Part shown: positions 25,446 through 39,469 of the stretch, in pieces
How positions within the stretch are numbered: position 1 is the first letter of the stretch
How the letters are laid out: every line of letters starts with the position of its first letter
Source: Camelus dromedarius
Lineage: Eukaryota
Length of the DNA: 64,000 bases
Assembly: GCF_036321535.1 (NCBI RefSeq)
Contig: NC_087439.1
Span: 68,634,001 to 68,698,000, forward strand
Reading direction: 5' to 3'
Position numbers and translations under genes: made by a program
The notes under the pieces: model-generated
Told to the model about the DNA's origin: nothing
What the model saw: only the letters and a program-made list of their open reading frames with translations
Databases searched by the model: none

Positions 25446-26989
25446 GAGTAAAGGGGTAAGAGGCTTAAAGGGGCAACAGACACTGATTGTCACAAGTAGA
25501 CCTGAAGAAGGACCACTGCCCTGGAGTACATTTACAGAAGATCTCATAGCTCCATCTAGCTCCAGACTCGGGAACTCAGGGAGTAACACAGAATTATCGC
25601 CCACAGGACTACTGAAACATAAAAGGGAAATCAGAAACAGTCAAAATGAACCCATTATGCAAGCACTGAGTTTACAAGTGCAGGAAGTTTGTCAATTAAC
25701 ACTGATTAAAAAGAATATTCATTAGGTAATTGACAGCTGATTTTCTAAATAAAGAAATCATATCATTATTATTTATGTTTTCAGCACTTCAGTTTTTAAA
25801 AATAGAACAGAGAAGTGAGAAAGGATTAGAACTAAACTTTTCTGTCCCATTGAAAATGTTCTCCTGTCTCACCCATTGTTCTGCATGTTCTGAATTCTGC
25901 CTTGAGACCAGGAAAACAAAGAGGAAGCCACTTCCAAAGTTAAAATTGAAGGATAAATCAGGATATGATGCAGAAAATGACATGATTAGTGTTTTTTAAA
26001 AAAATCTAAACAATAGAATCTGTTTTGAGTTGTTTATAGTCTACAATAAATCAAAAGGAAATTTACACAAAGCCTCCAAAAGGGGTTTATGTAAGAACAT
26101 AATTACAATTGGTGAACAATCTACAAATGTCCCTTTCATATGAAAACATAAAAAATAAGCAGTAAAATAAAAAAACAATGAAAATCCAGCTAGGAAAATA
26201 ACTCTAGACCTTAAAATTTTAAAAACACCAGGAATAAAAATGTACTTGAAACAGAATTTGTTAAGGCAAATTTGAATAAAATCAGTACATCAAAACATAC
26301 GGAGTTGGAGTTTGCATTTGATATTACAAATTTAAACAGTAGTATAATCCCTTAATTATGATTTTTTATAAAATGTTTTCAAACATTTTTAAACATATTT
26401 AATAATGGATAGGCAATTTCACATTTCTCTAAATATCATTTATTACTGAGGAGCTCAAAACAAAAATCTCTGAAACCAAAACAAATTGGTATTTAACTCA
26501 ATTCGACTAGAATCCAAATAAGATATTGAAGAGGCACAAAGGAAACATTCTATATAATTCTGTATACTTCTTCACTTTAAAAACTAACTCATTTTTTGTT
26601 TATTATTTTGCTTCTATTGAAGTCCCACAAAATTTCCAAATTAATTTTAGTGCAGCTTTATAAAAGAGTATGAGAGTACATAATTGTTATTCTTACAAAC
26701 TCAGCATGAGCGTATGTCTTCCAATTTTTAGCAACGTGACCAGATGACCCCAATCAGCTAGGACAGCAGAGATCTGGACTCTAGTGCCCATACTGAGTGA
26801 GCCAGTGCTTCCAGGTAGGTTCCCACCGGAGCTACCAGCAGAACCACGTAAGCATCTACACGAACAACACAGTGGGGATAATTGTGACTTCCAGGTAAAT
26901 CTCTTCCACTCTCCCCTAAGCTTTAATTCCATTGATGTGTTTCTTACACTTGGCAGATAAGCAAGATAAGCATTTGGCAAAAACTAATT

Positions 26990-27740
26990 TTGGGGGGTGG
27001 GGATGTCGGTATGTATTTACCTTCTCTTCTGAGTGGTAGCATCTATGTCATACTTGACTAGCTTTTCTGGTTCTGGTCAGCCACTCAACTCTGTCATTCG
27101 CTTCTCAAATCCGCTTCTTTTAGTGTATTTTCTACACGACCACCTAGGGTCACACTTTCATTATCTCAAGGCTAGATTATTTCAATCATCTCCAAACTGG
27201 CTTCAGCAAACCTCTAGTATGCTATTCTCACTCTCAGTTCCAACGCGCACACATTCTCATGGTTAACTCTGATCTTCCTCACGGCTGATGTTTGTTCAAC
27301 AGAAAAGTGTCCCATTACCACCGTATAACATCCCACCTTGTAAGCCTGACATTCACGTTTCTCCCGGGGTCTCCTACGGTCTCCCCATCACTGGTCCTGT
27401 CCTTCGGCCACCGTCATGGACTCTGTCTCTGCTGTGGCTGAAGTATATTCCACACCTGGAATGGCATCTCTGTCTCTGCCGATCCATCAAGACCCTCCTT
27501 GTCCTTTAAATTCATTTCAATTCTTATTTCCACAATGACATGTTCTCATGATGGCCCCAGCCCAGCATCCTATCTCATTCCTCAAAACCTCCACAGCATT
27601 TCTTTATATTACCCACTTGCCCCTTAATAAAAATTTACAAACCCTGTAATTTGTGTGTATGGCTCCTCCTCTCTCGCTGGAATACAAACCCTTCAAGACA
27701 GAAATTATAGCTCTATTATTAGTGATATATCAGCACCCTG
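26990..27740 (+). mobile_element. L2 LINE remnant
   Basis: C/T-rich L2-like text ending 'gctggaatacaaacccttcaagacagaa...tatatcagcaccctgac'. Confidence 0.55.
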
Positions 27741-29149
27741 ACTCACTCAGAGGTAATGTTAAGTAATGAGAAATCCCTAAGTTTTAGACATCAACAAACG
27801 CTGTGGGACCCTCATTTTCCTCATCAATGATGTGTAGACACAGTTACCTAACTTCTTGTTGGAAGGACTAAATCCCCAGCACAAACTAGAGCTTTACTAA
27901 TTTATCAGTCCCTCCCCTTGCCGGCAGTGTCCAAACCTAGCATGCAAACAGTGCAGACATTTGGTGAGTACCCCTAGAAACATTCCAATTAATTAAGTAA
28001 TATCATTTTTTAACTTCAGCGAGGGATGCTCTGAATTACAGTTACAGTAAGAGGTATTTTGGTAGTTATCCAATGAATTGTCATGCATAGCATTTCATTT
28101 GGCTTGGAGCCTGACAGCTTACTTAGTTTACTTGCTTCGCAAACTAAGGGGACTTTCTTTGCCACCCCAGTGAACGTGCTCCTTCTGAGGCCCTTAGAAG
28201 AGAGAGGGAGATGGAAAAGGAGAGAAAGGGAGAGAAAAGGAGAAAAAGGGGCTATTCATGTAAAGCAAAAGCCTCATTTTCCTGGTGTGCCCAGGTAGGT
28301 GTGGAAACTGCCAGGAGAAGTGGCTTCTGCAACCCACTCTCATATTAGTTGCAGCCGCAACAGAAACGCTATGCTAACCAAAGGCTGAAAAACAGAAAAC
28401 AGGGAACCAGCTGGATATTCCTCCTCTATAGCCATTGTGGAGAAAGGAGCATTTTGATATTTAGGTATGAACCCAACGTTAAAAATACCACACATCCCTT
28501 TTAAAAATCGAACTCCAAAATACCGGAAGAGCAAGGGAAGGGGACACAAAGAAGTTAAAGGCAGAAAAAGATGGAAAACTCAGTTTTGTTTTCTCGTACC
28601 ATTTTCAGTATTCTTTGATCCCGGAAAAGCAAAATGTTAGTCACCTCCATGTCCCAGTCCAGTGTGATATGACTGGATCAAAAGAACCCTAGCCAACAAA
28701 AACTGCCTACCTTAGAAAGCACCTCACACCGCATCAAAGAAGTCACCAGAATATTCTGTTTTCTTAGGTTTCTAGGTACGTAAATATAGTTTCGATAAAG
28801 ACAAACTCAGCTCAAGGCTCCAATTTTATATATGGCTAAAAATAGAAATTGCCCCTAGCCTAACAAGCTAAGTATTTCCTTTTTTACATGAGGGATATTC
28901 AGGGGAAACTTTATCTTGGAAAGATCAGAAGAACAATCCTACCACAACATTTCTCTAAGTTTGATTATGAACCACTCACATCAAAATCTCTTAAGGTGAG
29001 ATGAGGGGGAGAAAATGAACATTCCTGGGCCCCAGTCCAGGATTCTTACATGAAAATCTTTTAACATGTCCCCCAAGTGGATTTCCGCCCATAAGTATAT
29101 ACAATTTCTTGTAATGGGCTGTAGTGGAAAAGAATCTGGAAAAAAAAAA

Positions 29150-29240
29150 TGTTTATGTATAACTAAATCATTTCGCTGTACACATGAAACTAACTGTACA
29201 CAGCCTACACTTCAATGAAAAATAAGAATAAAAAAAAGGA
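29150..29240 (+). mobile_element. Short L1 3'-end stub
   Basis: 'tatgtataactaaatcatttcgctgtacacatgaaactaac...ctacacttcaatgaaaaataa'. Confidence 0.65.
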
Positions 29241-31503
29241 AGAACACTGAAATGAAGCAAAGAGACTGAAAGAACAATCCTAATGGTGGTATAGAGTTGG
29301 GAACAAACGGTATCATACAATATGCCTCAAATCGTTTCCACAAATCGTATTTGATCAACGTAAAAAGCAGGTAATTGGTAGCAATAACAGCCTTTAAGAG
29401 GAAAATATACATCACATTAGCAGCCTAAAAGTATGCATCATATCTTATTTTGCCTTCTTAATGGTGGTTTTCCTAATTCGTGTATGGATAGATACAGTTT
29501 CTTCGTTGTTGGATGTTAAACACCAACTGGCAACCGGTAGTCGGGTCCTCCTTCCATCTAAGCACCACTGCATGGGATCTCCATCATAGATGCAGCACCT
29601 CAACCTCCCCAGCTCAACACCTGCCCCATGAGACACACCCCAACTCAACAGATTAAAAAACTCTAAACCATCAATTTAGCACACCCCATCCACTTCCTAT
29701 CTAAATCCGAAGCACTACTAATGAAGTAGTATTAATATAAAATTCAATAAAAGCAAAAGCCCTCCCAAGAAATTGTTAAAAGTTACAGCTTTGTCAGGGT
29801 ATTTTGAAGGAAAACTCAAATCCTCAGTAATTCAGGGTGCTCCTCTTCTGAAACATTGGAGGTAATGGTAGTGGTGGGGTATGGATATTGGATAGTTTCT
29901 GGTTTCTAAGGGTTTTCTAGATTTAAAATTCTATGACTGAAGCATGACCATGGATGATTTCTAAACCTTATATATTACAATCTGCATCTTCCTACCACAG
30001 CACCACCCTTTACAGGCACCACGTCTGTATGTAAATTACACAATCCTTATAAATAGTCCTCCCGTTTATAAAACGAAGATAATAATGATGCTAATAGTGG
30101 AATTATTTTGAAGGTTAAATGAAATAAAACTTGAAGCACTGGGCACCATCTTTGGCTCATTATAAATACTCAATAATATTATTATACATAATCTGATTTA
30201 AATTTTTCTCAACAAAACACGTCCGATTCACTGGCAGTTAAGCACAGTCCCCTTATGTACATGGAGCCCAGGGGAGCCAAGGCCATCGAGAGTGGTAACT
30301 CCACCTGGGTAGAGACCCAGCTGAAGTCATTCACATAATCCCATCACCATCCCAGAAGTGAGTGACATATGATGCTTTCCACAATATTCGTGCTTTAACC
30401 AGGAGGACACCGTGGATGTCTCTCTCTGGGAGTACTCATCCCTCCAAGGCCAACCCCACCTCTCTAAGACCTATTCCACACGGATGCCTCGCCAGCCCAA
30501 GACGCTCCTTCGTCTCACGTGCTCAGGATGGGAGAGTTGGTTCATCGGTTTCAACATTTCAAACACCTCTGTTTGCCTCACAGCACCAGCTAAAGACCAG
30601 CAGAGCAGAGGTGGGATTTTCTTTTCTTTTTCCTCCTTCCCCACTTTCTTTCTAAACAACTGAGTAACACCCATTCAAAACAGACAAATGTCTACTAAAT
30701 ACATCCCTGGAAACTGAAAGAAGCTATGTGAAATGAAGTGGCAAAACGTATAAAATGGTCAGGGATTTCTCTTTCATTACTGTTATCAAACTTCAAAATT
30801 AAAAAGTCAATCGGGGTATAATATTTATTCAGGGGACACAAAGCACATGGAACAATGCTCAAAGGTGCATTTTAAAGACCTTCAAACACGTTAAGGGAGC
30901 CAAAGTTATAAGATAATAAAAATACTATTACAGCCCATTAAACATGTTGTAATGGTGCTTAGGGATGATGCAGTCATGTTTTGCAAAAAGTTATTTTCGC
31001 CCATCTCCCAGAGAGGAAATTCAGTGCAATCCAGATATTCTCAGACAGGAAGATACACAAATATTTCCAGATAATACAGAAATGCACTTCACCCCCAATG
31101 CAATCTCAAGCACTAATTTGAGTGTTGAGAGTGTGCAGAAGAACAATAAACCAGAAGGGAGGATCAAACTGAAAAGTTTTTTGTTTTTTTTTTTAATGTT
31201 TAAACCACTCCAATTTGTCAGGGTCAAAAGCTCAAAACTAATTAGGTCAAAGGTTCAGGCTTTCAATATTTTGCATTAGTTGTTTCTAAAAAATAGTCAT
31301 GTCCTTTACCACAACACTGTTTTGACAAGGACAAACGTTTTGTGTGTAATAAATAACAATAGTTTAAATGATCATACTCTTGAATCAACTGTTCCAGAGT
31401 GATTCTCAATTTTGCTAGTTTTACTCTATACACAACTCAGTGGAGAACATAATCTAAAATCCTCAATACTATTAATGATTGCTGTTGATATTACCACTTT
31501 TTT

Positions 31504-32184
31504 AACATTTTTTATTGATTTATAATCATTTTACAATGTTGTGTCAAATTCCAGTGTTCAGCACAATTTTTCAGTCATTCATCGACATATCACACTCATT
31601 GTCACATTTTTTTCTCTGTGAGTTATCATAACATTTTGTGTATATTTCCCTGTGCTATACAGTGTAATCTTGTTTATCTATTCTACAATTTTGAAATCCC
31701 AGTCTATCCCTTCCCACCCTCCACCCCCCGGTAACCACAAGTCTGTATTCTCTGTCTGTGAGTCTATTTCTGTCCTGTATTTACGCTTTGTTTTTGTTTG
31801 TTTTTGTTTTTTAGATTCCACATATGAGCGATCTCATATGGTATTTTTCTTTCTCTTTCTGGCTTACTTCACTTAGAATGNNNNNNNNNNNNNNNNNNNN
31901 NNNNNNNNNNNNNNNNNNNNNNNNNNNNNNNNNNNNNNNNNNNNNNNNNNNNNNNNNNNNNNNNNNNNNNNNNNNNNNNNNNNNNNNNNNNNNNNNNNNN
32001 NNNNNNNNNNNNNNNNNNNNNNNNNNNNNNNNNNNNNNNNNNNNNNNNNNNNNNNNNNNNNNNNNNNNNTCCTGAAGTAGATTTCCTTCTGGATACAAGC
32101 CCAGGAGTGGGATTCCTGGGTCATATGGTAAGTCTATTCCTAGTCTTTTGAGGAATCTCCACACTGTTTTCCATAGTGGCTGCA
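31504..32184 (-). mobile_element. Young 5'-truncated L1 (camelid-type), interrupted by an N gap
   Basis: L1 3' UTR plus ORF2 C-terminal peptide (MQPLWKTVWRFLKRLGIDLPYDPGIPLLGLYP...ILSEVSQKEKEKYHMRSLICGI); TSD tgatattacca(c)tttttt at 31486-31503 and 32185-32201. Confidence 0.92.
31881..32070. other. Assembly gap (190 N)
   Basis: N run inside L1. Confidence 0.99.
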
Positions 32185-32669
32185 TGATATTACCATTTTT
32201 TCATTGCTCCATTTCCGGCATCTATAAACAGTGCCAGAACCTGATAAATAGGCAATCAATAGATTTTTTTAAATATATTAATTATTGAATAATTATCCAT
32301 GTAGACATTTATGAACAGATGGAGGTATGAATAGATGAGTATGTATACACACACACAAATGGGAAATTTAAGGGGAGGGAAGAGAGCTTACACTTTTTAA
32401 GCACCAACTCTATGCCCAGCTCGCAGTGACTCACATGGTTTCACCTAACCTTCACAGTAACTCACGACCAAAGCTCAGAGAATAAGCAGTGAGAACATAC
32501 AGCCATCAGAGCCACAGCTAATCAATGGTACAAATAATCTCTGAACTCTCTGGATTTTTCTTAGGTGAATAAAATGCAGTCTATAATTCCTACCCCCACC
32601 CCCAGCAAAACATACTCATGGTAACAAAGACTTTTTTCTTATTATACATGTAGTCTTTTCATCTTTTTA

Positions 32670-33010
32670 AAATTTTTTTATATTGAAGTACAGTCAGTTT
32701 ACAATGTTGTATTAACTTCTGCTGTACAGCATAATGATTCAGTTATACACATATAAATTCCTTTTCATATTCTTTTCCCTTACAGGCTATTACAAGATAC
32801 TGAACACAGCTCCCTGTGCTATAGGACCTTGTCCATCTCTTTTATATATAGTAGTGTGCATCTGCTAATCCCAAACTCCCAGTTTATCCCTCCACACTCC
32901 CCTTCCCCCTCTGGTGACCACAGGCTTGTTTTCTGTGTCTTTAAGTCTTGTTTCTGCTTTGCAAGTAAGTTCACGTGTGTCATTTTTTTGACTCAGCACT
33001 CCACATGATA
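32670..33010 (-). mobile_element. L1 3' end (cetartiodactyl-type)
   Basis: 'tattgaagtacagtcagtttacaatgttg...ctgctaatcccaaactcccagtttatccctcc...ttccacatg'. Confidence 0.85.
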
Positions 33011-33413
33011 CATGTTGTGATTCACTCTTCCTCCGATGGCTACTAGTACTTGTCGATCAATTAAGAGCAAAATAAAATAATACAGCAGAATAATAGAAAG
33101 AGTCTATGTGCTACATATGACATCATGATGATCTGGTACAAGCCCTCAGTAAAGATACATGATCAGAATGACTGGGGAGACCTGATGGATTGGGAGGCTA
33201 TTTCTGGCCACAAGCAGGATCTGTCTGGAAAGCAAGGGCTTCATGCTGGTGATGATATCTGAAGCCCTTTAACTCTCATGATAACCAAGGTTCAAAGATT
33301 CAGGAACCAGAGTGTGGGGTCATACAGCTCCTGATGGAGGAAATGGATTCCCTGTACCTCTGACTTTCACCACTGTAACATACAAATCTTGGGATTCGCT
33401 CTTCTACCCCCAT

Positions 33414-33594
33414 CAGGGATTCTCATTCAGTGGCAGTGTCTGGTAACATTTTTTTATTGTTGCATTCGAAGGGTTCTACTGGCATTTAGTGGGCCAAGAA
33501 TCTGCCAAACATCATACAACGTGGAAGATCGCTCCCTCACCAAGATGTTTTATTTGGCTTAAAACATCAACAGTGCCCAGATTGAGAAATCTTG
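33414..33594. mobile_element. MER20-like hAT-Charlie element
   Basis: 'cagggattctca...ggcagtgtctgg..acattttt...ctactggcatttagtggg...acatcaacagtgcccagattgagaaatc'. Confidence 0.7.
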
Positions 33595-36500
33595 ACCTAT
33601 ACAATCAATAGCCAAAGCACTCAATTCACTTACATATGTGAGTGTCTATTATGTGCCAGACATAATAGACTGTTCTAAGGACTAGGGAATGGTGGTAAGC
33701 AAATCAGATAATGCCCCCTGTCTGAGGGTTTATATTCAGAAATGGGAGATAGACCTTAAGGATGCGCAAGGATAGAAGTACAAGGGTGACTCTGGAGTAT
33801 ACAAAAGCAGTCCAAGAAAACATAATGACTCTAAGACACTGAAAAGCAGACGTATCAAAATAGAACAGGAAGCAGTCTATTTGCTACTGTACGATTTCCC
33901 CAGTGAAGCATTATCAAAATGAAAGGAGCACCCCATGGAAAAATCAAATCACAGATGACAGCTTAAATGAAAATAATCCACTTATATTTTCTTTTGAACC
34001 ATAAACAATGGGGATTGGCAAAGTTTGTAATAATGAAGCCCTTATTCAAATTCAATTTTTACAAGATTTCACTTTACTTTGCTCTTGCGGTAGATGTGTT
34101 CTGGAAAGGTTTTGCTTCACGTGAAAATGCATATATGTGAGAAAAGTCAATTACTGACTGGGGAATAGTCTCTTCCTTTGTCACAAGCCACACAGCTCTC
34201 TGAGGCAAGACAAACTTCACGTATGTCAACACCATTCTTATCTCGATGTACCTTTCTACACCTACTGCCAAAGGACCATCTCGGCTTACGAATGGGTAAC
34301 TTTACAACAGTTCATTTGCAAATCATTTGGAACCCAGAATATATATTCCCTGAGAAACAATATTGCACTGTAAATAACGGTTAAATTTTTCAGCCAGGAA
34401 ACTAAAATGTGTCTAACTTACACAACATCTATAGGACAATATACCAAAGCTAACAACATTTTTAAACATTACTTCTAGGGGAAAACAGACTGAAAATTCC
34501 AGTCCCTAATGCATCATGACTGACAATGAGGAGGCGAACAAGCCTGCCTGGCTGTAGAGTAAGCAGGGGGAGGAGGCTTAAGAGCTTTGTCAGCCTGAGG
34601 AAGTGATGGCAGGACAGGGACTCTGGTGGCAAACAAGGGACTGAGAGTCAAGTAACAGCTAGAAATGTTCACAGTAATTTATTCAACAAGTATCTGGCTA
34701 GAAATTGGAGGTGTAGTGATGAATAGGGACGGCTCCATTTCTCTTGTCCCAACATATAAAGACTTAAAATGTATCACAATGGTAGAGGAAGCCAGTGGCC
34801 AAGGGAAAAAATTCAGGAATGATGCAGGGGTGCAGCTCTGGGCCCAGAACAGCTGAGTGAGTCCTAATAAGAGGTTCTTGGATGAGTGTCCTAATGAGAG
34901 GTCCCTTTTCTAGACGTAAATGGAATTTAAAAATCATACAGTCTTTGTTACAGTTAAAACCTTGCAGATTTTATCCTGCTGAATCAAATCTCTCATTTCA
35001 CAGAGGAGGAAACCAGCATTGAAGTGCAAAGGAGTCTAGCTGTAAATTGGAGTAAGATCTGAGATGCTTGATAATCAAACATCTATCAGTGCATACCTTC
35101 TGGATCTCGCTTTCCTTTTCGTGGTCGCAAAACAGTCAATACCAATTCTTCCTCCTTTTTATAAGTTGTACCCTGGAGTGGCAGGAAAGGCTTCAGTGAT
35201 TAAGAAAAGGAGAAAGGACATTAAAAGCCAACTCTTATTTGATAGGTGAGAAAACAGAGGACTAGGGAGACAAAGTAATGTGGTCTGCCCAAGACTAAGG
35301 CAGAATGACAGCTGCCTGGCTTGTATGACCTAGCAATTCTCATTGTACCACGACTGCCACCATCATTATAAAAAATGAAGATGACAAGGAAGAAACAATT
35401 CTCTCTGGGAAGCAGATACAAGATGTGGACTATGAAGGCATACTCCTCTAAGCAAAGATTTTAAATATAATTTCCAATTTATGGAAACTATAGGTTTAAA
35501 ATCATACATAATTTAAACTCTCTTTAAGTATGAAAGTCTCTAAATTAGCAAACTGTCCAGAAAATTAATGTCTGCCCCTTAAGTGACCAAAAAACTTGAC
35601 CACATTTTGGAGAAATTTAAGTGTCTTAATGACAACCTACTGAAATAAGTTTTGTTCTCGTGAGTTCTTGAAGCCATCATTTCATCCCTTAGTAAACTGA
35701 GTTGTTTTTATGGTTTCTCCCCTATGTTAGGGCTGTGCCTTGACATCCCCACACTTGTTATGTAAGCCTCTAATTCCAATCAGAAATCAGATCATGAAGA
35801 CTGACAGAATACCGTGTAAAGTAAGAATCCAGGAGCTCTAAGAAGGGGCTTATCAAAAGTTAAATAATCATGAAGACAGTAATTTTGGTGGCTTAGAGGC
35901 ATCTTGGGTGACATCACTTGAAATTACCTTTCTTATCTCTTGATCTCAGTTCAGCAGCACCTTCAGTTATGTCCAGAATCTCAGCAGTTTTCTGAATAAT
36001 TGAGATACTAAAAGTTTAAACTTCAGTGAGCTAGGGAGAAATAATTATTAGAAATTATACATACATATATATATATATATGAACTCGGTTTTTCTATTCC
36101 TAGTGTTTCAATTTAAAATTCGATTGAAAAACACTACTACATTTTTTTTTCTTAATACTGTCTTGATATATGAAAATAGTATTATTTCAGAACAACCAAG
36201 TTATATATTTCAGTTTAAATTGCTGCTTGTGGATAAAAGTTATTAGGTTAAAGTCATCTAAATTAATTAATTCTGGAAACAAAACACCTAACAAAAAGCC
36301 TGTGAGGGAGAGATATTAGGTAGCACTAGGTGACAAAGATACAAATGAAAAATTGTAGCAGCCCCAATGAAATCATAAGAAGTAAATGCCGATTTGTTAT
36401 ACGGGGCTTCAGAGACTCCAGAAAACCAATGTGGCACGTGTGGGGATGACTATAACCCCCAAAGTAATTCAGTGACAACTATGTACACCCTTTGCTGATA

Positions 36501-36799
36501 AAACTCTAAGTCTATGTGTCACGTTAGCCAAACCTGACCTCAGAACACAGGATTCTAGCACGCTAACCACGGCTGAAGGGCACTTTCGGTTGGCAAACGA
36601 GAACCGCTCCTAAGCCCTACAACGTACAACTACAATTTGACCACACGATATGGAGCCAGGGAAATGGAATCGTCAATAAAGATTTTTTTAAGAAAACTTA
36701 TAAAGGGACACACGGATTACACCTTTTGTAAATAAAACTTTGAAAAGGTATCTTTTCAGTAATAAAACAGAACGAGTGTGTCCCAATACTCAAGTCAGC

Positions 36800-37170
36800 A
36801 TAGTTGGTTTAGCTGATCTCTAAAGGGCTCTCCCATATGAAAATATGTTCAAATCACACCAGACGAAACGCATTTCATGAAACTTAATAACAACTCTTTG
36901 CTTTCCTTGCAGTTAACAATTGAGTATCTTTTATCAGTCTCCATTCTGCCAAAACGTTTTCTGTACACAAGCTGGCAACACTGGAGAAGTTGTCTTCTTC
37001 TTTCTTTCCAGCTCTTCACGTTGATAGCCAAAAGTGTCTTTGTTGCTCAAATAGTCCAAGCCATCTGCCAGCAGTTTCTCCATCCTGCAGTACCATCTGC
37101 CAGCGTCTCTGCTTCCCAGTCCAGGCCATGTTGCCTGTACGTATGTTTTTCAAATGGCTCTTTCTCCAGA
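36800..37170 (-). pseudogene. Possible decayed coding fragment, tentatively hAT (Charlie/Buster) transposase-like
   Basis: One minus frame reads MEKLLADGLDYLSNKDTFGYQREELERKKKTTSPVLPACVQKTFWQNGD**KILNC*LQGKQRVVIKFHEMRFVWCDLNIFHMGEPF; the C-terminal part recalls the F-x-D/E-x-R-F-x3-DL-x2-F..PF segment of hAT-derived proteins (from memory only). Confidence 0.3.
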
Positions 37171-39469
37171 AGAGAAAGAGGGAGCAAACTAGCACCCTTC
37201 CCTTTTAACCACTCTTGGTAGACATCCCAACACTGTCCTCTGACCCACTGGTTCTCATGGGGACAGAAATCTCAATGATTTGAATCGAAACAATTTTCTT
37301 CAATTATTTTTTGCTTCCCTGTTGGAATTAAGAATTAGACAGCTATAATACAACATAGAATCAGTCATTAATGTAACAAATTTTTATTGTTCTGTTCCCT
37401 TTTTGCTTTTATAAGGTATTCTTAACTATAAAGAATTATTCTTCGGATAAAGAAGCAAAGAGGGGAAAACAATCCTTATTCTGACAGTTTATCCTGATTA
37501 TTTTAAAAACAACTTCTGGTAGAGGGAATTCAGTTGAATGTTATTAACAGTATAATGTTAACTTTATGCGGCACGGCACTGTTCTTCATTCTAATCTACT
37601 TAAAATTCCTGACTTTAGAAACAACAAGGGCTGCATAACAGTCTCTTAAAGAGGTTAAGCCTAAAGAGTTCCATTAATATCCTCCCTAAGGCCACCAGGA
37701 AATTCCTTAAAGCAAGAGGGTTTCAGGCTTTGCTGTGGATTACGCTCAAGACATTTCTTTCTAGACTTGTTACTGCCGGGAATTTATCTAATGTCTCCAT
37801 CACTGTCCAGGCTTCAGAGGGAGGCCCCTTTTGTTCCTAATCACTCATCAGAATCCCAGGATAACTCAACTGTCATGAAATTTGGAAGCCTTTCTTATTC
37901 CAAGGGCCAAAATTAAATTAGCATTTAAGTGAATGTCAGGAATCCAGTTCACTTATAAGAAAAGATATCATTCTACCCAAATGTCAGAAACTATACATAT
38001 TTAAAGCCACAACATCTGAGTTTTTCCAATTTTTACAAACAGATGCTAATGTTCTCTGTACGCATATCTGATGTTTATAAATGGTGTAGGGTGCTCTTAT
38101 TGTATTAACCTTCACAGTAAAAAAAAAAAGAAAATCTTTTAGCATTGTAAACCACAAACCATTAAATTAGGGCATATGGCTTTCTAATCAATTTCTTAAA
38201 GTATTCCATATTTTCTATACTAAATGTGTGTAATAAGAAGTTTCTAGTTTTGATTTCCAAAATTTCTATTGACAGCGGAATAGTGTCTATTATTCATAGT
38301 TTACTTATGAATATTGCTAAGCACATTTTCACAATAGCTATCATTAGTCATATTTTGACCACTTCAAGAAAAAGGGAAAAAGTAAGCAATTAGCTGTTAT
38401 ATTTTGCTCTTAAATTTCACAAATACCTTTTGCCTTAAAGTACTTAATTTTTAACAAAAATCCTGTAACAGAATTCACTTGCACATTTAATATTTTACAT
38501 TCCAATTTCATTGAAACTTGGGAATGGAAAAAGTCCTTAAACACTTTTAATATTCCTCAGCAATTTAGGCAAAACCATGTAGAATATTAGAAACAGGAGG
38601 ATGATAACTTGGTTTTGTGAAGGTTAAAAGCCACAAGTGTTCTGAAACATAAAATTGTTTAAAAAATTCTAACTGTGATCAAAATAAATGTATCTTCAAT
38701 CAAGGTGATCCTCTCTGGTACTTGAAATTGAAAGGAATTTTTACCACATGATGAAAACTGAGAGGTTAATATGATGGTCTTAACAAATTATTTGATAAAT
38801 TGATTAAATAATGTCCAGAAGTTTAAAGTTATTAATATACTATTAGATCTATTTAGAAGTTAACATAAAGATAGCAGCTCTGAACATAGATGAATTCCAC
38901 TAGGGGTTAAGTTGAAAGACATATTCAAAATAGCATGTTCAAATCTGGCCCTCATGTCTCCAGGTGTCTAAGAATCTGTTTGGGAGACAAGTTTGTCTCA
39001 CTGTTTCTCTCTTGGGGTGACCTCTCTTCCTAACAGAACCACCCACAAAGGCACCATGTGTGTGAGAGACTAATACAAACAGTCTTCTTTCTCAGGAGTA
39101 AAAGTTATTTTCTCATGAAGAAACCCTCTCCTAAAATGCATGATGCAAAATCATGAGCTAATAAAGACAGCTGTAACTTCATAAAGCTTATCAATGATAT
39201 TAACTGAAGAAAACTGAGAAAAGATGTCAGAAGTTCCCAGGGGATTAACAGGCAGCATTGGGATGGTGATACAAAGACAGGTAATAATTTGAGTTTCACT
39301 GACTCTTCAGCAAAAACTGATGAATGGGGAATTCTTTAAAAATTTTAAAGGAGGATGGAGAAGGAGAAACTGTTCAAAGAATATCATCTAATTACATCAT
39401 CACAGACTTCATGCACTTGTATATGCATTTGTCTGACCTAAAACCTTAGCAGCCTACTTGTCTTGGGGG

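Noticed and set aside
25270-25725. Longest ORF in the track (151 aa)
   Set aside because: Runs through a short L1 insertion and its poly(A) (KKKKKK); no recognisable domain.
31811-32185. 124-aa ORF with a recognisable peptide
   Set aside because: It is the L1 ORF2 C-terminus of a truncated L1 spanning a gap, not a host gene.
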